A stretch of DNA of 59,031 nucleotides from Gnetum montanum. Its lineage: Eukaryota; Plantae; Gnetophyta. Shown here one piece after another: positions 24,540 through 37,700 of the stretch. A model generated the notes under the pieces. The model was not told the DNA's origin. It worked only from the letters and a program-made list of their open reading frames with translations, and searched no databases. Both the position numbers and the translations under genes were made by a program. Position 1 is the stretch's first letter, and each line of letters starts with the position of its first letter. The stretch covers positions 1 through 59,031 of the forward strand of contig MNCI01000064.1 in assembly GCA_015680685.1 (NCBI GenBank). The letters are read 5' to 3'.

Positions 24540-26650
24540 CACCTTGTATCAATTGCTTGAAATTGAGTACATATCATTAAAAATAACATGGAAATGAAAA
24601 ACTTTCCAATTTTAGAAATGTCTACTTAGGTGTACAACTTTATAATTAATGTTTCTAAAAATCAAGAGAAGAAGTTAATTGTTAGTAGATCAGATGGTTT
24701 TAGTCCTAACAATATTTATGTCCCTTGCAACATTCATGCTTGAACTTAAAATAGTAAAAAGATTTGAGGTAGAAAGCTTTGAAATACCAATATTTGTAGA
24801 AAAGCTAGATTCACTAGAACATGATTACACAAATTCTACATTACCATAATCACTTCTTTAGTTAATGTTAACCTTACATTGATAATCTTTACCATTAGCT
24901 ATAACCTTGTTGTCAACACTACTTTTGGATTTTTGAGTTAACAACATTCTTGTTAGATAAGAAACAAAAATTCTCTTTACAAGCTATTTTACTGAACTGA
25001 TCAATACTTATAATATAAGTAGAAATATTCACATAAGATTTTGTCTTCTCTAGTTTCTTTATTACCATTTGATCATTCTGATCATTAACATTAACTTGAA
25101 TTTTTTGTATTTTTAACTTCATATTATTTTTTTCTATTCTCAACTTCAACACATTTTCTCTTTTCTTTAGCATTTTTTTTCTTGAGTAGATAAAGACAAA
25201 TATTAAACAACTGTCCTTTACAATGACAAAAGTTACAAGAATTAAGAAGACTATAATACGTAATTGGTTAAATGTAAGTATTCCTACTAGAAGATTGATT
25301 CTTGTAATATCAAATCTTTTTTATGGTTAAGAAGATTGATTTTAGCATAAAAAAAATGCGAAGAAGAAAAAAAGGTCTACTAGAACCAAATGGTGTGGAA
25401 ATAGGCTCCATATGCTTAATGAAACTAAGAATACTAACAATTTGTTGTTCAACTTTCAAAAAAATTAACAAAAGATTAAATAGCTCAACAAAACATAGAA
25501 CTTTAAAATATTCTTCAAATCATGTATTAACATTTAGTGTCTATTTACAAATGATCAATATTGCATGCTTATGTATAAATGATCTTATATCTAGATTTTA
25601 TCCATCTTCATTGGGCTGTCACATCCACGAAGGAGTGAGTAACTAGACTTTGACACCACTTGTTGATCAATTAACTCCGAAGGAAAGGATGAATGAGTTA
25701 TAATAAAAAATGTAAACTTTAAATCAAACTGCTGAAATTAAGTACACAAGAAACAAACTCATCAATGCGTGTGATAAAGCTCACCACCATAAAATTCAAC
25801 TTGAATTAAAACTATGTTTGAGGATACGACTATGGGAGATTCTTGGATGCTACACACTTCTTGTAGGATGAATAATAAATCTTCAAGCTTGGGATCCTAC
25901 AAGACTCCCAAGAATTTTGCAAGATTGAATATAAATGTGATGCTCTTGCAAGACACACACACACAACCCCTCATGATAAAGGCAAATCAACAAAAACTTG
26001 GCCACCCAAGTGAACTCCTTAGGGCAACAGTGTAGATCTCCCCTATAAGAGAATCTACTCTCCTTATATAGTGAGAATGATACAATAAAAGAATGTGTGT
26101 AGAAAGAGATTTCAAAATCAGATTTATATCAATCTAGGTCCTTCTAGGATAATGAATTAGCAAGTCTTAGATCTAGATCTAGTCATGCATAATGAAATAA
26201 TGGATCTATGCAATTAATATCATCAAACCTTGGGAGAAAAAATGTAGCTATGGTGGTATAGCTTCCAATTCAACCTTTCGGGTTCTTTGTAGATCTTAGG
26301 AAAGAATCAATCCAAACTTTGAATCTCAATGATTTCATTGTCAATTGTTATGCATACCTTAAGAAATGAATCTTGGCACTTGCCTATGTAGATCATGTAT
26401 CATTCAAGTTTCCTAGTTCAAGTTGGAGATAAGAAAATGCCTAGAAATAACTTTTTTAGTTTTTCTCAACAACTACATTGGATATCCCATTTGAGACTTG
26501 GACGTTCACACTCAAAAGGCCAAGTTTCAAGATGGGCATCTAAAGCATGCTAGGATGTCTATCCTATCATCTACTATAGCTTTAGTTGGATGTCCACATT
26601 GGAGGCTTGGACACCTAGGACTAAGATGTCCAACTTTGAGAAATCAATTT
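24540..26650 (-). mobile_element. Ty1/Copia (Sirevirus-like) 5' LTR (from 25681 upward), PBS and degenerate gag
   Basis: CTTTGACACCA-CT-TGTTG at 25668-25685 is a decayed tRNA-Met PBS (TGGTATCAGAG) next to the LTR end. There is a purine-rich GAAAGGATGAAT terminal motif, GGA(C/T)GTCC-like repeats at 26480-26630, and a decayed knuckle CNFCHCKGQLFNIC at ~25195-25237. Confidence 0.6.
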
Positions 26651-26661
26651 TTGGTCAACTA

Positions 26662-27560
26662 TGATACCGTAACTCTGATATTGTAGCTCTGATATTGTAA
26701 CTTCCATATTATAGCTCCAATATCGTAGCACTAGCTACGTCATCATATATGCAATATCGTGGGATGCATGCAAGCCTATAAATACAGCACTTAGGCAAAC
26801 AGATTCATAATAGATTTCAATCCATAGTAACAGAACTCTTTTAGTTTGTTTTCATGAATTTGATCTTTCGCACTTAGAAGTGTATGTCGGTAGTGTGGTG
26901 TTAAGTGATTGTATGGAGTCTTTATTTGAGTGGATTTTACTTCGACACAGTTCATGACTAGCAATAAAAATTGAGATTACTTATCATCATTGCAGCATCC
27001 ACTTAGTTTTCTATCTGTTTACTTAAACTAATTGTTCTAGTTTTTCCTAGTTAATCATTTACTTCACAAGCACTCTATTTTACATGTTGAAAGTAAATAG
27101 TATGGATATGACTAGTTTTGAGTAGTAAGTGTAGTTATCTGGTAACCTAGTAGTGTTATCACTTGGTACGCCCAATAGTGGTACACTTGGTAATCCTAGT
27201 GATGACTACATGAGTCCAAGGTATGTACGGTACACCAGGATCGAATAACATTTTCCATAGGATAGAATATATTCATTTACTATTTTACTTAGAATTAAAA
27301 ACTATTTTTACTTTACTATATTTGTTAGGAGAAATGTCCTATCAACATCAACATATCATATATCTCATTGTGAGCTAAACCATACACGTAGCCTACACTA
27401 GCTCCGTGTGGGAGGACAATGGTCTCAAACTTTAACTAATTGCTAGCATATTCACATTGCCTCATCCACAAATTATGATCTTGTCATGCATGAACACCTA
27501 TGACTTGTATGGTTGGGTGTTGGATTAGTTTGCTCATCATTGGTGTTGTTGCAAAAGACT
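26662..27560 (+). repeat. Athila-like LTR (to 27539) with decayed PBS
   Basis: 14-bp GATATTGTAGCTC repeats and CCTATAAATA; ends CTCATCA followed by TTGGTGTTGTTGC. Confidence 0.8.
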
Positions 27561-27789
27561 AGTTAATGTATGCTAAGTAATTGATTTCATAAAGTTTGTT
27601 GTATCAATAACAAAAAGATAAAATCCATAACTTTCTAATAACTATAAAAGGCTTTATGAACCAAATAGGATATCAATCAAGGTAAAAGCAGGTGATTTGT
27701 GATGATGATTGAGGAGGATCGAAATCTCTATTAACTTCGATAGGCGTTAATCGATTGAGATCAATTTTCTCACTAACAATCGATCATCC

Positions 27790-28355
27790 AATAATTATGT
27801 TTGTATACCCTTTTTAGTATAAATAAGTGCCTCAAAATTGTATTAGGGGGGAGGAAGAATCAATACCCAAACAAATACACATCAAGTTGAAGTTAATTTT
27901 CCTGAAACTTATTTATTGAGAAATCATTGAGCCTTGTGGTAACTATAGACCATTGGAGTCAACTGTCAAGTTATTGAGGTTGCTACATTGTAGAAACATA
28001 AAGGTAGAATCACAAATTAGGTGAAGTCTCCCTTGTGATCCTCAAAATCCATATTATGTTCCTGATCTCAATTTGATTTAATCATGTATTTTCATTCTTG
28101 AACTTAAGATTAGAAGTTAGGATGAAAGTTCATGTTTTTACTTATGAGTGATAGCCATAAGTGTGAAATTTGGTTGGATTTGATTCTAACCACTGTATAT
28201 CTTGATGTCCTTTTTGACTTTTAAACCATTCCTCCATGGATACGACTCACAAGTCAATCACAAACAAGGTGAAAATTGAATCTCTTCAAAGATAATGAAG
28301 TAACCTAGCTCCAAATTTTGCCTCGCATGTCAATTTGGCACCGTTGTTGGGAAGG
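27790..28355 (+). repeat. 3' part of a different Athila-like LTR with PBS
   Basis: GGATACGAC motif; ends ...TGTCA (28332), then ATTTGGCACCGTTGTTGGG. Confidence 0.6.
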
Positions 28356-28779
28356 CTGACAAAGTCAATAGACATCAAGGATTTTGTATGTTTTAATTTC
28401 ATTTTGTAATTTTATAATTTTAGGTACATTTTAATTTTTGTTTCTTGATTGAGTAATTTGAGAAATGGTTTCTTTTACTTGTTTTTCCTACATAAAGAAA
28501 AATAAAAATAAGGATAAATCCAAAGAATCAACTGCTCTTATTGTCCAACTAGTACAGACTTTTAAAAAATTTGCAATTAAAGCTACAATAGTAGGAGTTA
28601 TCAAATCAGTTTGTAAAATCTTAGGAATGGTAGCCCATGAATGTGCCAACGAAAAGTGTGCTTCTTAAATAAAATCAACAAAGTAACCAAGGAAACCAAC
28701 ACGAATTCAACCTTCTAGGAGCACTCTTAGACTTTACAAATGTACACAAGTCAATCAAAAATGTACTTAGTTTCATATT

Positions 28780-31700
28780 TTCTTATCAAAAATTTATTTT
28801 CACTCTTATTTATTTTTATGCATGTAGTTAACATTTTAATTCTCAAATGTATGTTAAATGAGTATGATCAATTCTAAGAATAACTACATTATCATTTCAT
28901 AATCCTAGTAGTGTTATTGCTTAGTATGCCTAGCATAAGTTCATGATGTGTACAGTGAATTGGGAATAGATTCTCCTCACTTGGACTAGCTTAGGATTTA
29001 TTTAATCATATCTTAGATTAAATAGATAATTTTTTATATTTTATTATGGCTAAACAACATCAACAATCATATGCATCAATTACAATTTGTCCAACACGGT
29101 GAATACAAGTGTAATTGGAAAGACAACAATCCATCATCAATGCTTAATAATATAGAAGCTCCAATAATCTAGTTCATAGATTATGATAAGGTCACATGCA
29201 AATGCTTATGATTTGTACGGTTAGGCATACAGATCACTACTCATCATTGGTGTTGTTATCAGGGACTAGTACTAGTGTCTAGATTATTTAACATCATTTA
29301 CAATCACTATTAAAAGCTTCAAGGTCTATCTATCAAAAATAATAATATTTTATTAAGTTACACATGTTGATTTAAAATGTATACTTTTTATAGGAATGAT
29401 TTTCCACTTGTTAACAATCCTATAAGGGGAATTGGTAGAATGAATTAGGATAAAGATGATGTACCCTATCAAGTTAAAGTGATCTACTAATATTGAAATC
29501 CTTATTATCTAGAGTTTATCTTCATCCTTTACCAAGATGAATAAATGAGATGAAGAGATCTGGAATGAACTATTGTGTTACTACCTAATCATGCAGTCCC
29601 ATCAATGTTAACAGTTGCATTGATGAGGGTTGGATCAAAAGATACTCTTGTTGAGTACAAGGTATTTGATGAAATCTCTAGGTCTTAGCTAACTGAGGCC
29701 CAACTTTGCAAAGATCATTTCATTAAGGAAAATCATGAAGTAGCTAAGGAAAAAGGAGCTATCATCCCATTAACCACATAACTTGAAAAGAAGGATACTA
29801 ATTACCATTTAGGAAGATCACAATGTCAAAATCATTTCATCTTCAATGCAGATGATGTAGCTAACTCATGGCTACACTCAATCTTAACAAGAATTCAAGA
29901 AAAGGGCAGAACAAGGCCTAACACAAGAAGGACCTTCAAGTTTAGGTCTTTTAACAAGCCATCAAGAAATAATTAATAGAGTCATGGAAGGAAGGTGACC
30001 TAACATAACTCTCTTATTTCTTCATCCTCATCAAGCTTTGACAAGGATGAGCATAGATAAGAAAGAAGAGGTCAATATATGTGGACTAGTAGAGACAATG
30101 GACAAGATCAAAATAGAAATAAAGGCATAGAAGATGATTATGATAGAGATAAAGATAGAGTTCACAAGCACAAACATGGAAGAAGGCATAGTAGATAACA
30201 TATAAGAAGCATGTGATAGAGACCATGATGAACATGATTGTGATGAATCCCTACTACTAATGAGGAGCATGGTAAATATAAGGGAGGATATTTACATTTC
30301 CACTAGGCATTAATGAGATAGCTTAATCAAATGACTTAACTTCAAGGGAGGCTACAATTTAGATTTACAACATCATTTACAAGCCTTCCATGATGCTTGT
30401 GACTTGAATAATATAAAGAACAAGTGGTAAAAGTTAATTTTTTTCAAGGACACTCATAAAAGAAGTAGAGAGCTAGTATTAATCCTTTGAACTAGAATCC
30501 ATTAGGAGGTGGAGTATAATGTTGGAGCTATTCATTAACAAATACCAAATACACTCCCAAATGTCTACCTTGAGAAAGTAGATTTAATGGTGAAGATAGG
30601 GTAGCCATGAATCCTTTGATGTAGTCTTATGCATATGCTATTCATTTTTGCATAGGTGTTATGGCCATGTCTTTTCTCAAAGATAGAAATTGAGACACAT
30701 CATATATGGATAAAAGAACAAAAAAAAGAGAGAATCTTTTAGGATCTACACCAAATGAATATTTTCAAAGATGAGGATCCATTTGATTCAAAGATTATTA
30801 CACCAAGTAACCAAAGAGGAGGATTAACTTAAAAAGAGAGAGAGTATTGAGAAGTATAATAAACATCCATTCCTTCATAAGAAGGATGTTTGTTCTTGCC
30901 AGAGAAGGCAAGAAGAGAATCTAATGAAGGAGGTGATTTAACAAAAGACTTTGTTAATATAAAAATCTATTTCAAATATTCCAATAATGGTGAAATATGA
31001 TATTTTGTTTATGAAAAATTCGTAACTCTACAATATAGAGTAGATCCTTGTACAAGATAAGAATAAGGCAAAGAAGAAAGAAATAGGAAAGGACATGTAT
31101 TAACATAAAGACAAAGCTACTATTATAGATGAGGTTGCAAACTTAGATTTAATAGATGATGATGGATGTGACTTATGCTAATATGAACATCCTAAGGGAT
31201 GTTGCCATTTCATTTCACATTTATAGGATTCAAGAGCATATGTTTTAAACCCTAAGTTTATTAAAAAGCATATGCCTAGGAAATTGCCTTATCCCTAAGA
31301 TAGTTACAAGTAGTTTTATAATCAACAATTGTATCCATGTGGGGATCCACCTTAACCTTACAAGTAGTATTATTAGTAGTGAAAAAAATCCATAGTTGTG
31401 TTGAATGATACCACCAAGATAACAATATCCTTATATGCAGCCAGATCCATATGAATATTATGTCCAAAGTATCATGGACCTACCACTCCTAGAACTGAAC
31501 CACACTCTTATCTTTCTCATTCATCTTTTAGGCATCTTCAACCATCACACACTCCTCTTTCTTTTGTGTCATCTCTACTAATGCAAGATGAGATACTTCC
31601 ATAACGATATCAAAAGAGTGCTACAAGAGCCATGAGCATGTAAATGGATGATAGTTCAAGTGTTTCCAAGTACAAACCTTGAAAGCATTCCTTATTCTAA

Positions 31701-33606
31701 CCTATTAGTCCATCTAAATCAATGCAAGAATTAGTGGCTATAGATCCCACTTTAGACCTAACGTTCTCCAACCCCTTTACCAAGCCACTTTCAAACTGAA
31801 GTATAAATATCAAGGGTTTCATGTTATCCCATGTTGTAATAGAAAAGCATGTGCTCTTCCAAAGAAATGAACAGATCCTAGAAGTCCCTTACTTTAATTA
31901 CAAATTACAAGAAATCCACCATGTAAACTTCTATTAGACTCAGGTTCTAGAGTCAACTTAATTTTTCAAGTAATATACAAGACATGGAACCTACCATTAC
32001 TCAAGAAATGCAACTTTATGTTGAAGCTTGTTGATTAGTCCATCATTGTTCCATTGGGGTAGATGGAGGACATTGTGACCACTATTAGTGAGTATCCATA
32101 TCTAGTTGATTTCTTGGTTATTTATGTGAACAACTACAAGGGAAAGTGTCCCATCATCATGAGAATGACTTGGCTAAGCATAATTGATGTTAATCTTAAA
32201 ATCAAGAATCTTTTCTTGGAAATATTTAAGGAAATGAGCATATAGTAATTGAGAAGTAAAGAGTTTCATGTATCACATATATGGATATAGGATGTAACCA
32301 CATGAGAAAAGGTATCTACCATCCAATATAGAGATATACAATCATGTAGCTCATGTGAAGATGAAGTGTGTGTGTAAAGGTGCCTATACACAACAGCCAC
32401 TAAATAGGAAAATGCCCAGTGGCTAATAGCATATGAAAGTTTCAAGTTCACTATATGCATAAAGTCGTAAGAAGTACATACTAACTATTTTGTAGAAAAG
32501 TTGAATAAGATGGAGAAAGTATGATAGAAACTCTTCCAAGCATTATAAGTATAACAAGAAGACATTGATTGGGGAGAGTTGAAAATTCTTGAAGAACCTA
32601 TGTCCGAACTAATTATACTAAAGATATTATTAAAATCACTTGAAAGTGTCTTTCTAAAAAATAGTAAATAGGAAATTATAAATGCAGAACTGATAGGAGT
32701 GTAGAAAATGAAGCTACTAGAAGTTATAAACAAGTGACCAACAACCTTCGCGTGGTCTTACGATGAACTTATTAAATTGACCTACGTATATGGCAACATT
32801 GCATATACATGAATCTTATAATCAAGCCAAAATGCTAACCATAATGTAGGCTAAATCCAAAGATGAAATAGGTAGTAAAGAGATAGATTGAAAAGCTTCT
32901 AGAAGCTAGATTCATCTATCTTGTAGCATATGGTGAATGAATGAACCTACTTGTAATTATACTAAAGAAAGGGGACCAATGATGAATTTTCATTAACTTC
33001 AAGCTATTGAATATAACAATTTTTAAATATCACTTTCCATTGTCATTTGTTGATCAAGTGTTAAACACTAGAGTAGGACACAAATATTACAACTTTTTAT
33101 ATGATTAGAATAACTATAACCAAATCTAGATTACACTTGAGAACCAAGTAAAAATTACATCTATGAGTCCCAAGAGGATTTGTTCAAATAAAAAGATTTT
33201 TTTTTTTTACTTGTGTAATGCTCCTACTATATTCTAAGATCTAGTCTTACGAATCTTCTAAAAGAAAATTGGTAATGATGTTGAAGTCTTCATGAACAAT
33301 GTCTTCACCCATAGGTTAGACTTTAAATAAGTACTGGACCATTTGAAATAGGTATTAAAAGGTATCTAGAGATTAATCTAAAAATTAATTAGTAAAAGAG
33401 CCACCTCATGGTTTAGAAACACATTATTCTTAGGCACCAAATTTTAGAGAAAGACATTGAGGTTGATTCTAAAAGGATCAAAGTCATCTAAGAAATTACT
33501 CGTAAATCTCATATAGTGAAGGATGTGAGGTCATTTCTTGGACACATAGGATGTTATAGAAATTTCATTAAGAATTTTTCAAATATTGTTAAAACTAACA
33601 TTGATC
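28780..33606 (+). mobile_element. Athila-like element: partial 5' LTR (to 29246), PBS, gag, protease, RT; heavily decayed, ends at start of RNase H linker
   Basis: CTCATCA-TTGGTGTTG PBS; CDLC-YEHPKGCC; PLG-MEDIV...YLVDFLVI; FAWSYDEL...IEKLLEA-FIY...HFPLSFVDQVL; VRSFLGHIGCYRNFIKNFS. Confidence 0.9.
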
Positions 33607-33639
33607 CTATAATTCAACCCAAATGCAACTAAAATGTGC

Positions 33640-33830
33640 AATGTAGGGTGTTGAGAACACTCTCATCTCTCATAAGGGAGGTTGTAGGTTTGATGTTTGT
33701 CTCATCTTTCAAATTGGTCAATAATAGAGTAGCCTTGTAGTGGGATACACTTATAGTGAATCACAAATACCTTGTTGTTATGGTAGGGTTATACTACCAC
33801 CCAAATTTTCCATGTAATCAATAAAAAATA
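33640..33830 (+). mobile_element. Possible decayed tRNA-derived SINE
   Basis: GGAGGTTGTAGGTTTGAT B-box-like segment and an A-rich end AATAAAAAATA. Confidence 0.3.
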
Positions 33831-34330
33831 GAAATTTACAATAATGAATATGTGTTAAACTAATCTCTTCCATTCTTATTTTTTTTTCTTTTTAAATATA
33901 ACTGCAAGAAATATTTTTCTACTATAAGCTAATTTCTCTTATTTATAAAGCACTCAAGATTAGGTTCTTGATGAATTATTGTCATAGGATTGTGGCACGA
34001 GTGAAAGCTTCCATGTGATCAAGAACAAAATTACAATAATGGATGTGATTTAAACTAGTCTCTATTTTTTAAAAGTAATTGCAAGTAAGAAAAGCAAATT
34101 AAACTCTCACACTCCAACTAAAATTGATCAAACGAGACACTATAGGGTTGTAACAATGCCTCATTTATTATAGTTGTCTTAGTTAATCAAGAAAAAAAGA
34201 GAAATTTATAATAATGAATGTGAGTTTAACTAACCTCCTTTCTTTGAAAAGAACTTGCAAGGGAAGGTTTGTCTATGACAAGCCCCTTTCCTCTTAATTT
34301 AAAAAGTGCAAAGAATTAGACTCTCAATAA
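33827..34330 (+). repeat. Three diverged tandem units (~170-200 bp)
   Basis: AAATT(T)ACAATAATG(A/G)AT(A/G)TG..TT(A/T)AACTA...TGCAAG at ~33830, ~34028 and ~34201. Confidence 0.75.
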
Positions 34331-34540
34331 AGTATAACTGACATAGATCAAATTAAGCTCTCAACCTCTAATTAAAAATTATCATGCCCTGAACATTGGG
34401 CTTATTACAATGTTACATTCATACTAATCATGGCTAATAATTAAATTTACATCAATATTAATAGGTATCAAAATAGGAACGCAAGGCATATTACAATGTC
34501 TCAATAGCAATCAACATATAGATAATCTTTACATTTACAT

Positions 34541-34592
34541 TATCATCATCCTACCTTTGTCCCAACAAAATAAGGTCAGCTAGGTAATCGTC
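34541..34592 (-). mobile_element. 52-bp 5'-truncated RTE LINE / RTE-tailed SINE 3' end with 10-bp TSD
   Basis: Minus strand TAGCTGACCTTATTTTGTTGGGACAAAGGTAGGATGATGAT, flanked by ACATTTACAT at 34531-34540 and 34593-34602. Confidence 0.7.
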
Positions 34593-34776
34593 ACATTTAC
34601 ATGTACATCCATAACTAAGAAGAATAAAAGTCATGAGCAACTAAACTCCTCTTTTGTTTTTAATGTGATGGGGCTATATTTGCTCAAAACACCCAAGGTT
34701 TCCCTAATTTTAAAGGACTTAAAAAGATCGCACTCTCCATGAAATGTAATAGACCTGAATCAAATCAAACATATAA

Positions 34777-37700
34777 ATGATCACACTTTATACTTGCATC
34801 TACATTCACAGGAAGCGCGAAATCGTCTCCAGCAATATGGCAGACTTCAGCCAGGGAACTTCCCTAAGATTGACTGCTTCTAACTCTCGCAAATTGGTAC
34901 CCAAGCTGCTCCATGCCATTTCCGTTTCATCAAAACAGATAAGTTCACCAAATCTTGTGTGCGCGCTGTCTGTAATTTTAAAAATCTGGAACAAGTTTGA
35001 AGGTTGTCAAGAGATCATTGTATCCAACGATAGTGTTTCTGTTATTTTTGGTGCATTGCTGGAAGCGGAAACGATAGATGTTTCTGAAAAATGCATAGAA
35101 CTTTTACATTCCATCTGTCTTGCGTATCCTATTCGCTGTTTTAGAAGTGAAGGAATCAATAATTTAGTTTCGAAATGTGCTTATTTACCTATTGAATCTC
35201 AAAAGAAAGCCATGTCATTGTTACTGAAGCTCTGTGGAGATTTGGACGATGAAGAAACGCTTATGGCTGAGACCCAGAATTCTTTGCCCCACCTTATATA
35301 TCTTTTAAATCACAATGATGAAGGTATTGCAAACAATGTATTATCTTGTTTATGTGTAGTGGGGAATGCATACCTTAGAATACCAGATGGCCAAGAGATA
35401 TTTTTCTCATCATCTTTAATTCCATTGTATGTTGCTGTACTGAAAGATTTGGTTCATCCTGTTCTGGGATCTCGACTGCTAAATATACTAGGAGTTTTCT
35501 TCAATCACTCCAAGGGTCGTGGTACAGTAAAGAGAGAATTTCTTCGATATGGTTTCTCAGCCCCACTTTCTGATATGATGAAATTGCTTTGCAAAAATCA
35601 CGTTGAAGAATTATTGTATGCTCTAGAATTTACACAATTGTTTGCTTCAACCAATACGGGAGATCAAGAAGGTTATGCTGACGCTGATGCTCTTAATCTG
35701 GAATTAGCAAAGAATCTTATGCCTACTTTGATGTTAATTGATTTTTCTCAGAAAGTATCGCATGTATACAAATATTTTAATCATGGCATCATGATATCTT
35801 TGCTAACCATTTTGAAACAGGACAGTCTGACATATTTGATAAAGGAGATTAATATTTGTTGGTTTCTGGTTGGAAACATCATCTTTCAGGAAACTCCTGA
35901 GTCCGATCAAAGGGCCTTGGAATGGATTACATTGCTGTTTCAGAGAATCCCAAGTGAATTTAAAAAGCAATTCATAAGAAATGGCGGGACTGATATCGCG
36001 GATTTCTTATGTACAAATACGCCCGTAATTGAAGATCTTAAAGCAAGGTATCTGGTAAATATAGATTCTGAATTGACCAAAACTCTTAGGGAGGTGCAAC
36101 ACCTTTGTCAGAAATTGAAGAATCCAGATGAAAATAGTCCAATCAAGGTGAAAGAAGCCGTTTTAACTCCAATAATGAAGATATTTACCACAGATGCACA
36201 TGAAGGTGGTCTCACATATTATGAGATTATGAAGAGCGGAATTTTTGACTCTCTGCTGGACTACTTGATGGAAGGTAAATCCCATAATGAAAAGGAGAAC
36301 AAGAATAATACTTGTTTAACTCCCAATGAATCAGTCTTTTACCAGGTGTATTGGAATTTAAGAAGTGCAAAAACAGCTTTCCTAAGTAAATGGGTAAGAA
36401 AGCTTAATCAAGTTCTATCATAGTTTGATCAATATGAACAGTGGTTATGGCAAAACTTGTACGTAGAGAAGACATTAGATGTTGTGAGGGTTCTGCCTCA
36501 TGCACTTTCCAAGTCCGATCCATGGCTCAAAGTTCTAAATCTGTTATCTATCTCAAATGAGATTAACTGCCATGCATCCATGAGGATTATTTCAAAAATG
36601 ATTGCGCAATGTTCAGCAGAGAGAATTGAAAAAAGCAGTATATTTTCGTTTATTGGGCAGATACGTGCTTCAGATGAAGAGTTTGTAAATGAAAGTATGT
36701 CAGAAAGATTGATAGAAACCGTGCAATCTGCACCCCAAGGTGTCATTGTGATGCTATCTGAACTGTTGGTGGAAAAATATCGTTTTGCTTTTTCTAGTAA
36801 AGCAAAGAAACTACTGCTAGAGAAGCAGTATAATTTGGGATCATCTAAGCAGAAAACTGAGGTGGATACTAGAGTTTTATCCGGAGAATCTTTAATGGAA
36901 TCAGCTGTAGCAGCCTTGCTAATTCACTGTGGACCTGAAAATCAAGAAAAGGTTCTGAACCTAAAAGTTGGTGAAAATGGGAAAAGTGCAACTGCTGAAA
37001 TTTTTAAGATTTTAAGTGGAGACTGCAGAAAGCTGAACATGGAATGTGGAGACCAACAAAAGATAACGCAGCATTGTTTCCTCAACCATATCATCACAGT
37101 TCACCTATGCGGAAAGCTGTAGCAAAGAAATTTTTCTTTCTGGGTCAACTGTTAGCAAAGTCTCTTAAAGATGGAGTTCCTGTGTGCATACCCGTGTCTC
37201 CAGCTTTCTACAAGATGGTCTTTTTGGGGACGTTTAACCTCTTAAGACATTATTTCATTTGATTTCAATTTGGGTGCTTTGTTACTGGAGTTTCAGGCAT
37301 TTTAGCACAGAATTAATGTTCCCAATTGTTCTGCTTCATCTCTGGTTAAAGATTTTAGAAATTCAAGGTTGCAATACTTCTTTACCAGAAACGAAGTTCC
37401 AGGAAACCCTGACTATCCACTTCCAAAGCACTATGAGCCAAAAAACTTTGAAATGTACATCAATGGTGTAATGCAGACAAGAACAGCAGAAAGATTGCAT
37501 CACTATGCGAAGGAAGTTTTGAACGCCACTGCTAGAAATGCAATACACAAATCACTATCAGCATTTCTGAAGGGTTTTCTCGAGAATTCTACCTACTAAC
37601 ATTTTCAGCATATTTTCTCCAGATGGGGTAGCTCTTCTTTTCCGAAGGAGCCCCTGAATGAACATAGCATCAACTTGGGGAATGACTTACGATAATTAAT
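34777..37700 (+). pseudogene. Intronless divergent ARM-repeat + HECT E3 ubiquitin ligase (UPL3/UPL4/TRIP12 type), disabled and lacking C-lobe
   Basis: ARM: VSEKCIELLHSICLAYPIRCF...QKKAMSLLLKLC...LPHLIYLLNHND...LSCL; GLTYYEIMKSGIFDSLLDYL; VRKLNQVLS*FDQY. HECT N-lobe: MWRP...LFPQP...FFFLGQLLAKSLKDG..IPVSPAFYKMV; VPGNPDYPL...LHHYAKEVLNAT...AFLKGF; IFSP. Stops at 36421, ~37243 and ~37302; frameshifts at ~37040, ~37225 and ~37580. Confidence 0.85.
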
